DNA from: Nitrospinales bacterium
GTDB lineage: Bacteria; Nitrospinota; Nitrospinia; Nitrospinales; JAJDAT01
Reading direction: 5' to 3'
DNA length: 64,000 nt
Assembly: GCA_046757665.1 (NCBI GenBank)
Contig: JBHHYO010000002.1
Span: forward strand, 1-64,000
The notes beneath the pieces were generated by a model. That model did not search any database and was not told where the DNA came from. It saw only the letters and a list, made by a program, of their open reading frames with translations. The first letter of the stretch is position 1; the number at the start of each line of letters is the position of its first letter. Below are positions 40,136 to 50,332 of the stretch, piece after piece. Both the position numbers and the translations under genes were made by a program.

Positions 40136-41305
40136 ATGTTGAAATATTTACAATTTGGTTCGATTCCACCCCGGCGTCATATCGCACATTACAACGGCAA
40201 CCAACTTTTGAACGAATATTGCTTCACCCGCGAGGGTTTTGAACAGCCTCACTCCACCCTGTACCTTTATAATCCGCCCACGGGGGAAACAGCTTGCGAA
40301 GCCTACCCAGAGGCCTTGTGGGCCAATCCAACCAAACGAAGAGATCCTCTTTTGCAAAGAAGACACTTTAAAAGTGGACTTTTTCCTCCGCAAAAGAATT
40401 TCATCACCGGACGCACAATCCTCGCGTTTAACCAACACCTGCGCTACGGCCTGTGTCATCCGCAATCCCACGAGAACAGTTTTTTTGCCAATAATGACGG
40501 GGATGAATTGTTTTTTCTTTTCGCGGGCGATATTGAGGTTCAGTCCCTGTTCGGCAAGCTTCAGCTAACGGCGGGGGATTATTTGATCATTCCCCGGTCT
40601 TGCCCCTACCGATTCAGCTTTTCCCAATCGCCCCAGTTGCTTTACGTCGAGGCAAGAGGCCAAGTCCGGATTCCCCGGGCCTACTGCAACGATGCGGGGC
40701 AATTAAACATGGACGCCCCTTATTCCGAACGTAGCTTTAAAACCCCGAGCTGGGACAATCTTTTATTTGAAAACGACGACGCAACGACGATCATCCGCAA
40801 ACGCCAGAAGCAATTCACCAAAACTGTTTACGAAAAAAACTTTTTCAAAATGACCGGTTGGGACGGCTACGTCTATCCCCTGGCCATCAATTTAAAAAAC
40901 ATTCAACCCAAAACCGGCAGAGTTCATCTTCCCCCCTCATCCCACATGACTTTTGCCGGAGAGGGTTTTGCCGTCATGAGCTTCCTGCCCAGGATACTCG
41001 ACTTTGACAAGGAAGCCATCCCTTGTCCGTTTTACCACTCGTCCGTGAATTGCGACGAACTCCTTTTCTACTACTCTGGAAATTTTACCAGCCGGAAAAA
41101 CATCGGCAAAGGTTCCATCAGTTTTCATCCGTCGGGCATTCCCCATGGCCCACACCCCGGAGCCTACGAAAAATCCATTGGACTCAAGAAAACGGAAGAG
41201 GAAGCGGTCATGGTCGATACTTTCGATCCCTTGTTCCTGACCGAAGAAAGCCAGGCACTGGAGGACCCTGATTATCCTGCCAGCTGGAGGAATGACCAAC
41301 CATGA
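40136..41305 (+). CDS. hmgA: Homogentisate 1,2-dioxygenase
   Basis: NNDGDEL, GWDGYVYP, HLPPSSH, PFYHSSVNCDE, HPSGIPHGPHPG, AVMVDT. Confidence 0.92.
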   Translation: MLKYLQFGSIPPRRHIAHYNGNQLLNEYCFTREGFEQPHSTLYLYNPPTGETACEAYPEALWANPTKRRDPLLQRRHFKSGLFPPQKNFITGRTILAFNQHLRYGLCHPQSHENSFFANNDGDELFFLFAGDIEVQSLFGKLQLTAGDYLIIPRSCPYRFSFSQSPQLLYVEARGQVRIPRAYCNDAGQLNMDAPYSERSFKTPSWDNLLFENDDATTIIRKRQKQFTKTVYEKNFFKMTGWDGYVYPLAINLKNIQPKTGRVHLPPSSHMTFAGEGFAVMSFLPRILDFDKEAIPCPFYHSSVNCDELLFYYSGNFTSRKNIGKGSISFHPSGIPHGPHPGAYEKSIGLKKTEEEAVMVDTFDPLFLTEESQALEDPDYPASWRNDQP

Positions 41306-41946
41306 CCGTCCACACGGAATTCCAAACCATCAGACCTCGAGAGCAGTATTGGGTGGATATTTATCACTTGATGAATTCCATCATCCAACCCCGGCCTATC
41401 GCCTGGATTTCCACCGTTTCGGAAAACGGTATATACAATCTGGCTCCGTTCAGCTATTTCAATATATGCTCGATGAATCCACCGATCATTTCCAATTCCA
41501 TTTTTTATAACCGGGACGGATCGGAAAAAGACACACTGAGAAACATCAAATCGAACGGGAAATACGTCGTTGGAGCGGTGGGCATAAATTCCGCGGAAAA
41601 AGCCAACGTCAGTTCCGCACCTTTCGCCCCCGATGCCGACGAATTCAAGAAGGCACAGGTTCCATTTGTCGATTGCGGCGCCAACGAACCCCGGCTGGTA
41701 GCCGAAAGTCCCGTGCAACTGAAATGCACGTTGAATCAACTCATCAAATTAGGGAACGGCGCGGGTGTCGGCACATTGGTACTGGGAGACGTCAACGAAA
41801 TTTTAATTTCCCGAAAATTGAATCACCCTCAATGGCAAAAAGGCATTCCTCCCGACCGCATGAACAACGTTGGCAGAATGGGAGCGGATTATTACGCCAA
41901 GACAACCGATCTTTTTCAAATGCCTCGGCCCGTCATCAAAAAATAG
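41302..41946 (+). CDS. Flavin reductase-like (DIM6/NTAB) protein
   Basis: PRPIAWIST, NLAPFSYFN, KDTLRNI, GRMGADYY. Confidence 0.88.
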   Translation: MTVHTEFQTIRPREQYWVDIYHLMNSIIQPRPIAWISTVSENGIYNLAPFSYFNICSMNPPIISNSIFYNRDGSEKDTLRNIKSNGKYVVGAVGINSAEKANVSSAPFAPDADEFKKAQVPFVDCGANEPRLVAESPVQLKCTLNQLIKLGNGAGVGTLVLGDVNEILISRKLNHPQWQKGIPPDRMNNVGRMGADYYAKTTDLFQMPRPVIKK

Positions 41947-41994
41947 CCGATTGCCCTGGGCCATCCCATCGGCGCCACCAACGCAAAAATCCTG
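41947..41994 (+). pseudogene. Relic of a classical thiolase C-terminal motif
   Basis: Translates PIALGHPIGATNAKIL; the thiolase signature is (A)IALGHP(I/L)GA(S/T)GA(R/K)I. Confidence 0.7.
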
Positions 41995-43950
41995 ATGAGC
42001 ACGATACTCTGGAAACCCAGCCCGGAACAAATCAAGCAATCCCGGATGTATCAATTTCTGGAAGCGGTGAATGAACATTATTCCCTGGACCTGAAAACCT
42101 ATCAACAGCTTCATGCTTGGTCCGTTAAAAATATTTCAGAGTTTTGGAAATTTTACAGCCAGTTCGCAAACATTCATTTTCACAAAACCGCCGACAAAAT
42201 TCTTTCATCAAAATCCATGCCTGGAGCCCGATGGTTTACCGGCGCCGAATTGAACTACGCCGAAAACCTCTTGCGGGCTTCCGCCGACAAAACTGCCATT
42301 ATCAGCAAGGCGGAAGGTCAACCCATCCGGCGCATGACTTATGGCCGGCTGTCCGATGACGTTACCAGGCTTGCTTCCGCTTTCAAGGATGCCGGGATCA
42401 AGGCTGGAGACCGCATCGCCGGTTTTCTCCCCAATATTCCGGAGGCCGTTGTCGGCCATCTGGCCGCGGCCGCCGTGGGAGCCGTTTGGAGCTCCTGCTC
42501 GCCGGACTTTGGACGTCAGGGAGTAAAGGACCGTTTCGGACAAATCGAACCCAAAATTTTGATTTGTGCAAGCGGCTACAATTACAATGGAAAATATTTT
42601 CCGGTTTTGGAAACTGTTGAAGCGCTCGCCGGGGAAGTGAACAGCTTGGCTCATATTATTCTCGTCCCCTTCCCGGACCACGCACCACGCAAGGACCGCA
42701 TTAATTTCTCCTCCGTTTTCACTTGGGAAGAGTTTATCGGCAGGGGAGCTTCTCCGGATTTTCAGTTCCATCCTTTTCCTTTTTCCCATCCCCTGTGCAT
42801 TTTGTATTCCTCCGGCACAACGGGCCTGCCCAAATGTATCGTTCACGGGACCGGAGGCACTTTGTTGCAACACCACAAGGAGCACGCCCTGCATACAGAC
42901 ATCAATTCGGAGGACATCGTTTTTTACTTCACCACCTGCGGTTGGATGATGTGGAACTGGCTGATTTCGGCCCTGGCCCAACAAGCAACCATCGTTCTTT
43001 ACGAAGGCTCTCCCTCCTACCCGACTCTGGAAACATTGTGGAAACTGGTTGAAGAAACACGAATCACAATTTTCGGAACCAGTCCAAAATTTCTCTCATC
43101 GAATCAGAAGCAAAACCTGATTCCCAGGCAATGCGCCGACTTGCAAAGTCTCAAGGCCGTGCTTTCCACCGGCTCTCCCCTCGACGCAGAAAGCTTTCGC
43201 TGGGTTTACGAAAATGTAAACCGGCACGTTCAACTATCCTCCATAAGCGGCGGAACGGATATTATCTCCTGTTTTATGCTGGGCAACCCCATGTTTCCGG
43301 TAAGAGCTGGGGAAATTCAATGTCTCGGCCTGGGCATGGATGTTGCGGCCCTGGATGAGCAAAACCATCCGGTTCTGAATCAAAAGGGGGAACTGGCCTG
43401 CCTGTCTCCCGCGCCGTCCATGCCGATTCATTTCTGGGACGACCCGGACGGAGAAAAATATCGAGATGCTTATTTCAACAAAGTTCCCGGAGTATGGATC
43501 CATGGCGATTTCATAGAAATCAAGAAGCATGGAGGAGTCCTCGTTTACGGCCGGAGCGATGCAACGCTTAATCCCGGCGGAGTACGCATCGGCACCGCAG
43601 AGATTTACCGGATTGTCGAGCAGTTGGATGAAATCCAGGATAGCTTGATCATTGGCGTGGAAAAAGACACCGATATCCGAATGATTCTTTTTGTGGTGCT
43701 AGTCCATCCGTTGCGTCTGGAAGAACCCCTGATGAAAAAAATCAAAAGCCGTCTCAAAACAGAAGCCAGCCCGCGCCATGTGCCGCAGGAAATCCACCAA
43801 GTCAAGGAAATCCCCCACACCCTCAATGGGAAAAAAGTCGAACTCATCGTCCGCAACATATTTCAAGGAATCCCGGTAAGCAATAAAGACGCCCTCGCCA
43901 ATCCCGACTGCCTGGCAGAATTTGAAGCACTCCGCTCGCAAAAAGCTTAA
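41995..43950 (+). CDS. acsA: Acetoacetyl-CoA synthetase
   Basis: WSSCSPDFG, SSGTTGLPKCIVH, TTCGWMMWNW, GRSDATLNPGGVRIGTAEIY. Confidence 0.93.
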   Translation: MSTILWKPSPEQIKQSRMYQFLEAVNEHYSLDLKTYQQLHAWSVKNISEFWKFYSQFANIHFHKTADKILSSKSMPGARWFTGAELNYAENLLRASADKTAIISKAEGQPIRRMTYGRLSDDVTRLASAFKDAGIKAGDRIAGFLPNIPEAVVGHLAAAAVGAVWSSCSPDFGRQGVKDRFGQIEPKILICASGYNYNGKYFPVLETVEALAGEVNSLAHIILVPFPDHAPRKDRINFSSVFTWEEFIGRGASPDFQFHPFPFSHPLCILYSSGTTGLPKCIVHGTGGTLLQHHKEHALHTDINSEDIVFYFTTCGWMMWNWLISALAQQATIVLYEGSPSYPTLETLWKLVEETRITIFGTSPKFLSSNQKQNLIPRQCADLQSLKAVLSTGSPLDAESFRWVYENVNRHVQLSSISGGTDIISCFMLGNPMFPVRAGEIQCLGLGMDVAALDEQNHPVLNQKGELACLSPAPSMPIHFWDDPDGEKYRDAYFNKVPGVWIHGDFIEIKKHGGVLVYGRSDATLNPGGVRIGTAEIYRIVEQLDEIQDSLIIGVEKDTDIRMILFVVLVHPLRLEEPLMKKIKSRLKTEASPRHVPQEIHQVKEIPHTLNGKKVELIVRNIFQGIPVSNKDALANPDCLAEFEALRSQKA

Positions 43951-44117
43951 ACGGATCGATCGAAGCCGAAATCACCAGCACATTCGGATGATGGCTTCCG
44001 CCTGTTTTATTACTTGGCATTACCGGTCATTCTATGTCAGGATATTATCGCCGCCCCTGGAACCGGCCGCGAGGGGCCTCTTTGGCTTGTACAGAAAGAA
44101 CGATTTGGAGAAATAAA

Positions 44118-44882
44118 TTGTTTGTGGGTTCCAAGCTCTGGAAAGGGCAAAAACATTATCTCAACAAGATGACTCTGGCGGATCTGGTGGCGGCCTATTT
44201 CGCCTATCCCGCCATCCAGGCCTACCTTTCTCTCACCGCAGTCAGCATCGGGCTGACCCTCCTTTGGGCGAAAGATATCGGGGCCATCGTTCTGTCTGTC
44301 GGCGCGGCAGTGGTGATTTACGGATTAGTCTGGTACCTTCTGCACCGATTCATTCTCCACGGACAGTTTCTCTACAAATCGCCCCGCACGGCGGCTCTGT
44401 GGAAACGCATCCACTTCGATCATCATCAGGACCCCAACGACCTCGGTGTTTTGTTCGGCGCACTGCATACCACCCTGCCGACGATTTTTTTCATGACCGT
44501 CCCGATAGGCTGGCTGATCGGCGGCCCGGCCGGCGGCGCGGCGGCGTTCGCGGCGGGGCTGGTGACCACCTGTTATTATGAGTTCTGCCATTGCATCCAG
44601 CATCTGGCCTATACCCCAAAATGGGCCTTTCTCCGCCGCATCAAGAAACTTCACCTGGCGCATCATTTCCATAACGAGCAAGGCAATTACGGCATCACAA
44701 ATTTTTTCTGGGACCGGCTCGCGGGAACCTATTACCCAAGCACCAACCAAGTCCCACGTAGCGCCACCGTTTTCAACCTCGGTTATGTGAACAAGGAATC
44801 CGAGCAATTCCCCTGGGTGGCAGAACTGTCCGGCGCAAATGTTGACACCGATCCAGGTTGCGCCCAAAGAAAAACGGGCTAA
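44118..44882 (+). CDS. Fatty acid hydroxylase/sterol desaturase family protein (candidate ceramide hydroxylase)
   Basis: His boxes HRFILH, HFDHH, HCIQH, HLAHH; TTG start after GGAG (alternative ATG 44169). Confidence 0.85.
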   Translation: MFVGSKLWKGQKHYLNKMTLADLVAAYFAYPAIQAYLSLTAVSIGLTLLWAKDIGAIVLSVGAAVVIYGLVWYLLHRFILHGQFLYKSPRTAALWKRIHFDHHQDPNDLGVLFGALHTTLPTIFFMTVPIGWLIGGPAGGAAAFAAGLVTTCYYEFCHCIQHLAYTPKWAFLRRIKKLHLAHHFHNEQGNYGITNFFWDRLAGTYYPSTNQVPRSATVFNLGYVNKESEQFPWVAELSGANVDTDPGCAQRKTG

Positions 44883-44957
44883 ACCCAAACCACCGGCATC
44901 ATAACTTGAGCAACTCCGCGGTTTCCCTATAAAGAAACTTCCTGAACCGCCCTTCCT

Positions 44958-47369
44958 TCAGTTTCTTGGTTCCTTTCTTCTGTTGTACTTGTAAAAGACC
45001 AGCTTGTGCGTATCCAGCTCAAACAAGGCCGGCAACATGAACAACGCGCAAGCCGTGCACGTTAATATCCCCAATTGAACCAGGGAAGCGATGGACTGAA
45101 TACCGGCGTGCGACGCAATATTCAAACTGCCGTATCCGGCCAGGCTGGTCAAAGCCGAAAGGATGATAGCGCTCCCCGTTTCTTTTAAGGAAGTCAACGA
45201 TCCTTCTCGGGAATAATCCTGTATGTGATGAGCCAGATAGATGCAATGATCAATCATGATCCCGACAATCGAAGGTAGCATAACGAAGTTGATGAAATTA
45301 AGCTTGATATGTGAAACGGACAACAAGGCACCCGTCAAGGTCAAGCCGGCAAACAAAGGCAAAAAAGTTTTTAAAGCCAACCGCATACTCTGCATGTCAA
45401 TTACCAAAATTAAAAACACAAGGCCCATGGCTATTGCAAGAGTCCAGGGGCCTTTAGTTTTCACCCAGTCCAGGATTTTTGCCGCGAGCAGGTTTTCATT
45501 CATAACCGCGGTCTGTATGTGCCTTGGCTCGAGAGCCCGTTTCAAGTCCTGGATTTCCTTTTCCAGTTGATAAATATTCCTCACGTCAAAAAAATCCTTT
45601 TCGGCAGGGGAAAGAATCAGAACCAGATACTCCTCCTGAACTTTAAACTTTTTAACAAGAATTTTCGGCACCCGGGATTCATCAAAAGGTTTGGGGTTGA
45701 CCAGCCGCTGAAGCTTGCGGAACCTCGATTCGCCAAGGGACAATTTAATAATATCTTTTTCCCTCTCAAATAGCTCCCGGATGCGGACAAGCACGTCCTT
45801 TTTCGATTCATATTCCCGTGCGCTAAACAGATTCAGGGAATGATGCAATCCAATAGTGGAATTCTCCCCATTTTTCTTTTTGATCCTGGCCAGAGCCTGG
45901 TGAATATAAAAAAGGTTTTCCTTTTTCGGCGTGAGGATCAACGTGGGAGAAAATGCAAAACCGAAGTCCCTGGTAGTGGCCGTTTCATAATCTCCCGCCG
46001 GTGATTCGCCGCGTAATTTTTTGAAATCGTATTCAAATTGCACGCCAGGCAACAAAAAAAGGCTGGAAACCGTCAGCAACATAAAAAGAACCGTCAGGAA
46101 ATAAGGCGTGTTTGAATAAAGCCTGGAAATCTTCAACGTAAACAACCGGGGCCTGGGTTTTCCAACCCAATGGATTTTATTGTAAAAAAGCACCTGCGCG
46201 GGGAAGATAAAATGATAGGTAATAAAAGCAAGGGTGATCCCCATGGCGGCAATCATTCCGAACTCGGAGAATCCCCTGAATTCAGAAAAGATCAAAACGG
46301 AAAAGACACTGATGGTGGTAAACATGGCCACCATCGCGGATCGTCCTACCTGGGTCATAACCAGTTCCGTAGCGGCGGGAATGGATTTCCCCTTGACCAG
46401 TTCCTGTTTGAAGCGGATATAAAAATGAATTCCATAATCGACCCCAAGCCCCAGGAGAATCGCAACTAAAAATCCTGTGACGATATTGACATGGCCGATG
46501 ACCAACCGTGTCAACGCAAAGGTATACGTCAGGGACAAGAGAAGAGGAAAAATAATCAGCGGAATCGAAAACACCGAACGGGTATAAATCAAAATGAGGG
46601 CGGTGGTCAGAAAAACGGCCAAAACCGCCGAACGCTTCAAGTCGCGTATTACCGTTTGATTCTCCTCCAGCCTCACCATCAGGGACCCGGTCAATTTGAT
46701 TTGAAGGCCGGGTATTTTGCTTTCCAAACCGGAGCGGCGGATTTCTTCCCGAACCCGAGCGACAAAATTTTCTGTGAAGGTTGTGTCCGTTACGGTTCCT
46801 CTTGGCTGTACGAAAATGTAATAATTTTTTTTACTCTTTCCCCGGTAGTAAGGGTTGATCTCTTCAAACAGGTTGTAATCATCAGCCAAAGATTGAAGCC
46901 TTTCGGGATTGAACAGTTCGGTTCCCAAACCAAAACCTCCCAGTTCCTCCCGGGCGTACTCGACCGCTTCCTGCATGAGGGACTCCAGTTCAAGTAAATC
47001 CTGCCTGGAAACCAAAAGGAGCTGTCGATTGTTCAAATAATCCTTGGGAATATGGGAATCGACGTAATAAGTATCGGGCAATTTTTCCAACCGGCGCGTC
47101 AATTCATTCAGAACCATTGGAGCTTTATTCTGGTTCAAACCTTCCAGAACAAGGACAAGGGGGCCGGAGCCTCCCGTCTTCTCGACCACATGATTGAACT
47201 CCTTGACCAGTTGCAGATTTTCGGGGAGAAGATTATCCATCCGCGGGTTGTACGTCAAACCCGACGCGATCATCAGCGAAAAGCCGCTTGAAACAACAGC
47301 CAGCGCCAAAAGAGTCCCCGGGTATTTTGAGGTGATGTTCTGATAAAACCATTTAAGAATTGTTTTCAT
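44958..47369 (-). CDS. MMPL/RND-family lipid exporter
   Basis: Two TM bundles; GLGVDYGIH, GIMIDHCIY, SALTSLAGYGSL. Confidence 0.88.
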   Translation of the reverse strand: MKTILKWFYQNITSKYPGTLLALAVVSSGFSLMIASGLTYNPRMDNLLPENLQLVKEFNHVVEKTGGSGPLVLVLEGLNQNKAPMVLNELTRRLEKLPDTYYVDSHIPKDYLNNRQLLLVSRQDLLELESLMQEAVEYAREELGGFGLGTELFNPERLQSLADDYNLFEEINPYYRGKSKKNYYIFVQPRGTVTDTTFTENFVARVREEIRRSGLESKIPGLQIKLTGSLMVRLEENQTVIRDLKRSAVLAVFLTTALILIYTRSVFSIPLIIFPLLLSLTYTFALTRLVIGHVNIVTGFLVAILLGLGVDYGIHFYIRFKQELVKGKSIPAATELVMTQVGRSAMVAMFTTISVFSVLIFSEFRGFSEFGMIAAMGITLAFITYHFIFPAQVLFYNKIHWVGKPRPRLFTLKISRLYSNTPYFLTVLFMLLTVSSLFLLPGVQFEYDFKKLRGESPAGDYETATTRDFGFAFSPTLILTPKKENLFYIHQALARIKKKNGENSTIGLHHSLNLFSAREYESKKDVLVRIRELFEREKDIIKLSLGESRFRKLQRLVNPKPFDESRVPKILVKKFKVQEEYLVLILSPAEKDFFDVRNIYQLEKEIQDLKRALEPRHIQTAVMNENLLAAKILDWVKTKGPWTLAIAMGLVFLILVIDMQSMRLALKTFLPLFAGLTLTGALLSVSHIKLNFINFVMLPSIVGIMIDHCIYLAHHIQDYSREGSLTSLKETGSAIILSALTSLAGYGSLNIASHAGIQSIASLVQLGILTCTACALFMLPALFELDTHKLVFYKYNRRKEPRN

Positions 47370-48210
47370 TGCACAGCAAAAACCGATGAAGTCCGAGCGT
47401 TGTAATATATTGTGCCCCCATGAGGTAAGCCATGGGGACCAGGAAAACGTCAAGAACACCAAGAACGGCAAACAGGGCGATAAGAAAAAGAGGCAGGTCG
47501 AGACCGTTCCACTTCCAGACAGCCATCATAAGTTTGGCTTTTTGGTAATACTGTTCCCGTTGCCGCTCCGTCAGCAGAGTTTTTTCAACAATGTTTTTTT
47601 TCTCTTCATCAAGCCGGCTGAAAGAAAGCCAGCGTCCCTGAAACAAAAACCGCTGAAACTGCAAGTAATAAAAATAACTCCGGAGAACAACGGACTTCTC
47701 CTTTCTCATTTTCTGAAAAGTTTCCAGAATTTCCCTTTTATTCCCGTCGTATCCATCGCGCACCAACGTGGTCATGCTTTGTTTGCAATAATCGTAGGAT
47801 ATGGCCCGCAAAATAGTTAACAGCGCGATGCAGGCCAGGGAACCATAGTATGCCCCCATGCCAACCATGATGCCGATGACGACGGCGCCATAAGCAATGT
47901 AACCGGCAATGCCGTCGAGGAGCCTTCCCCATTCACTTGATCGGCCCGTGGCTCGTGCAAGTTGTCCGTCCACGCAATCCAGGATCAGGGTAATCTCCAA
48001 AAGCACCCCTCCCCAAACCATCGACGAGACACTCCCCCGGCTAAAGACGTACCCCGACCACATACCAAACAGAACGGAAGCATAGGTCACCTGATTGGGA
48101 GTGACCGCGGTTTTTTTCAAAAAGCCAACCATGGCTCCGGCAACAGGCACATGCAAATAACGGTTGACCGGTTCTTCAAGGTCTTTCAGAAAATGGCCGG
48201 ATTTTTCCAT
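47353..48210 (-). CDS. CDP-alcohol phosphatidyltransferase family protein
   Basis: TPNQVT and D-x2-DG-x2-AR...G-x2-LD motif (DCVDGQLARATGRSSEWGRLLD). Confidence 0.92.
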   Translation of the reverse strand: MEKSGHFLKDLEEPVNRYLHVPVAGAMVGFLKKTAVTPNQVTYASVLFGMWSGYVFSRGSVSSMVWGGVLLEITLILDCVDGQLARATGRSSEWGRLLDGIAGYIAYGAVVIGIMVGMGAYYGSLACIALLTILRAISYDYCKQSMTTLVRDGYDGNKREILETFQKMRKEKSVVLRSYFYYLQFQRFLFQGRWLSFSRLDEEKKNIVEKTLLTERQREQYYQKAKLMMAVWKWNGLDLPLFLIALFAVLGVLDVFLVPMAYLMGAQYITTLGLHRFLLCNENNS

Positions 48211-48222
48211 AAGGACGATGTA

Positions 48223-49230
48223 TTACAACCAGCGATGATTCTTATACCAATCAAGCGTTTTCGCCAGTCCCGCATTTAAATCATAACGTGGCTGAAATTC
48301 ATATTGATCCATGAATTTTTCGCATGATGCGGTCCAGGAGCTTTGACAAATATCGATCAGCCTCTGCCTGTCCAGCAGAGCGGGTTTCGTGCCGAACCGC
48401 GCCAGCGTTTCGCAAAGCAATGCCAAAGGCATCAAGGCACCTTCCGGAACCCTCAGCGATCGCGCCTTCACACCAAGAGCCCGCATGGCCGCCTGAGCCA
48501 CATCCTCCCATGAGTACGTATTGCCGTCGGTGACAAAAAAAATATTCTCCTCTTGCCGGGGAGCGGCCGCGGCCATGACCATGGCGCGCACCAGGTCGGC
48601 AACATAAATCAAGGAAAGGTCGCGCCGGGTTCGACCGATTTTAATGTTCCATCCGCGACTCACCGTCCTGAGATAGACGAAAAAATTGTTCTCCCTGGGA
48701 CCGTAAACCACGGGGGGGCGTAGAATGACGATGGGCAGGGAAGAGGAAAACTGTCGGGCGATTTCCTCCCCGGCAAGCTTGGATTGTCCATAAAATGTAA
48801 GAGGACGGCAGGGCGTTTCCTCATTAACCGGTCGATCCGGCTCTGCCGGGCCAACGGCCGCCAGACTGCTCAAGTGAACGACCGCCTTGAGCCGTTTTCC
48901 ACGGGCCACGCAGTTGCTGTAAAACGGAGAGCAGAGGTCGGCATTGATTCGGAAATATTCTTGCCGCGTTCTGGCTTGCGTCAATCCCGCGCAGTGAAAC
49001 AAATATTCCGCATCTTCCAGGCCATCGCCAAGCCGTTCCAATCGAGTCAGGTCCGCAGTATGAAGATGTACCCGGGAGGAATCGAGCCAGCGAAGGTCAC
49101 TGGTCTTGCGAACCAGACAATGGACCGTGCAACCGAGGCTTAGGAGATAATCAACCAGATGACTGCCGATAAACCCGGACGCGCCTGTGACCAGCACAGT
49201 GGCGGGGTCAATTTTCGCAGGTTCGTTCAT
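48223..49230 (-). CDS. NAD-dependent epimerase/reductase (candidate ceramide reductase, CerR-like)
   Basis: TGASGFIG, SSLAA, YGQSK, RPPVVYGP; operon context. Confidence 0.8.
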   Translation of the reverse strand: MNEPAKIDPATVLVTGASGFIGSHLVDYLLSLGCTVHCLVRKTSDLRWLDSSRVHLHTADLTRLERLGDGLEDAEYLFHCAGLTQARTRQEYFRINADLCSPFYSNCVARGKRLKAVVHLSSLAAVGPAEPDRPVNEETPCRPLTFYGQSKLAGEEIARQFSSSLPIVILRPPVVYGPRENNFFVYLRTVSRGWNIKIGRTRRDLSLIYVADLVRAMVMAAAAPRQEENIFFVTDGNTYSWEDVAQAAMRALGVKARSLRVPEGALMPLALLCETLARFGTKPALLDRQRLIDICQSSWTASCEKFMDQYEFQPRYDLNAGLAKTLDWYKNHRWL

Positions 49231-50332
49231 AGATGCGGTGCCGCTTGTAAACATCGGCGCCCATTCGATAAAGAGGAGCCAACATCGCCTGGTTATCTTC
49301 CAAAATCCAGGACATTTCGCACAACGCAACTTTTTGGTCTAGGCACCGCCTATAAGTCTTGTGATAAAAAGAAACATCAATTCCCAAGCGTTGGAACTTC
49401 TTTTTTACACCGAGGGTCAGAACCCGGTAGGAATCGATTTTCTTCCTGTTCATTAAAAACCTGGCCCATCCAAAGGGAAAGAGCTTGCCGTCCAGGGTTT
49501 TGAGCACTTGATTAATGTCGGGAAGAGTCAGGGAGAAACCCACCGGTTCATCCTTAATTTCCGCAATCAAACAAAACTCGGGCTCAATGAAATGTTTCAT
49601 CTCATCGGCGGCAAAGTAAAATTCGTCGCGAGTCATGGGCGTGAACCCCCAGTTGCGCTCCCAGGCGGAATTATAAATTTCCCATAAAACGTCTATTTCT
49701 TTTTGAAACTGATCCATCCGCAGACAGCGCACGGTAAACCGGTTTCTTTTTTGAATTCGGACCATCGCTTGCTCCAGGTACTCCGGCATTCTTATGAAAG
49801 GCGCGATTTTCAGGCAAACAAGGTCTTTGGCTTTTGTCAACCCCCAGCCTTCCAGCAGGCTCGAATAATAAGGAGGATTATAAGGTATCCCCAACATGGG
49901 AGCCTTGTCGAATCCCTCTACAAGCAGGCCGCATTCGTGGTTGATGGAGAGGTTCATAGGGCCCAGAAGTTTTTTGAGTCCCTTCGCCCGGCACCCTTCA
50001 TAGACGACATCCAGCAACCGGTCCGCCACCTCCCGGTCGTCAATGGACTCAAACAGGCCGAAAAAACCGACTTCCTGCGAGTGAAACGTATTGTGTGCGT
50101 GATCTACGACAAAGGCAATCCGTCCCACCGGTTGCCTGTTTTCCCCCAGAGCCAGAAAAAAATCGACTTCGGCATGGTCGAAGAACGGGTTGGCTTTTGG
50201 ATCCAGAAATTTTTTGCGTTCCACAAGCAAGGGAGGAACCCATCGGGAGTCATTCTTGTAAATTTCCCAAGGCAACTTGATGAATGCGTGCTTGTCTGCC
50301 GGCGTTTCGACCTTTTGAATTTCCGGGCGCAT
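49208..50332 (-). CDS. GNAT-fold N-acyltransferase (candidate bacterial ceramide synthase, bCerS-like)
   Basis: WVPPL, NPFF, GRIA, GFFGLFE, GLLVEGF, YNPPYY, NWGFTPMT, EMSWILEDN. Confidence 0.8.
   Translation of the reverse strand: MRPEIQKVETPADKHAFIKLPWEIYKNDSRWVPPLLVERKKFLDPKANPFFDHAEVDFFLALGENRQPVGRIAFVVDHAHNTFHSQEVGFFGLFESIDDREVADRLLDVVYEGCRAKGLKKLLGPMNLSINHECGLLVEGFDKAPMLGIPYNPPYYSSLLEGWGLTKAKDLVCLKIAPFIRMPEYLEQAMVRIQKRNRFTVRCLRMDQFQKEIDVLWEIYNSAWERNWGFTPMTRDEFYFAADEMKHFIEPEFCLIAEIKDEPVGFSLTLPDINQVLKTLDGKLFPFGWARFLMNRKKIDSYRVLTLGVKKKFQRLGIDVSFYHKTYRRCLDQKVALCEMSWILEDNQAMLAPLYRMGADVYKRHRIYERTCEN

Noticed and set aside
41944-41946. Amber readthrough fusing the flavin reductase to acsA
   Set aside because: The shared frame is explained by chance or deletion; both genes are complete and no recoding machinery is seen in the window
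44958-47369. Hopanoid transporter HpnN
   Set aside because: No hopanoid genes in the window; the operon context is sphingolipid-like (not fully excluded)
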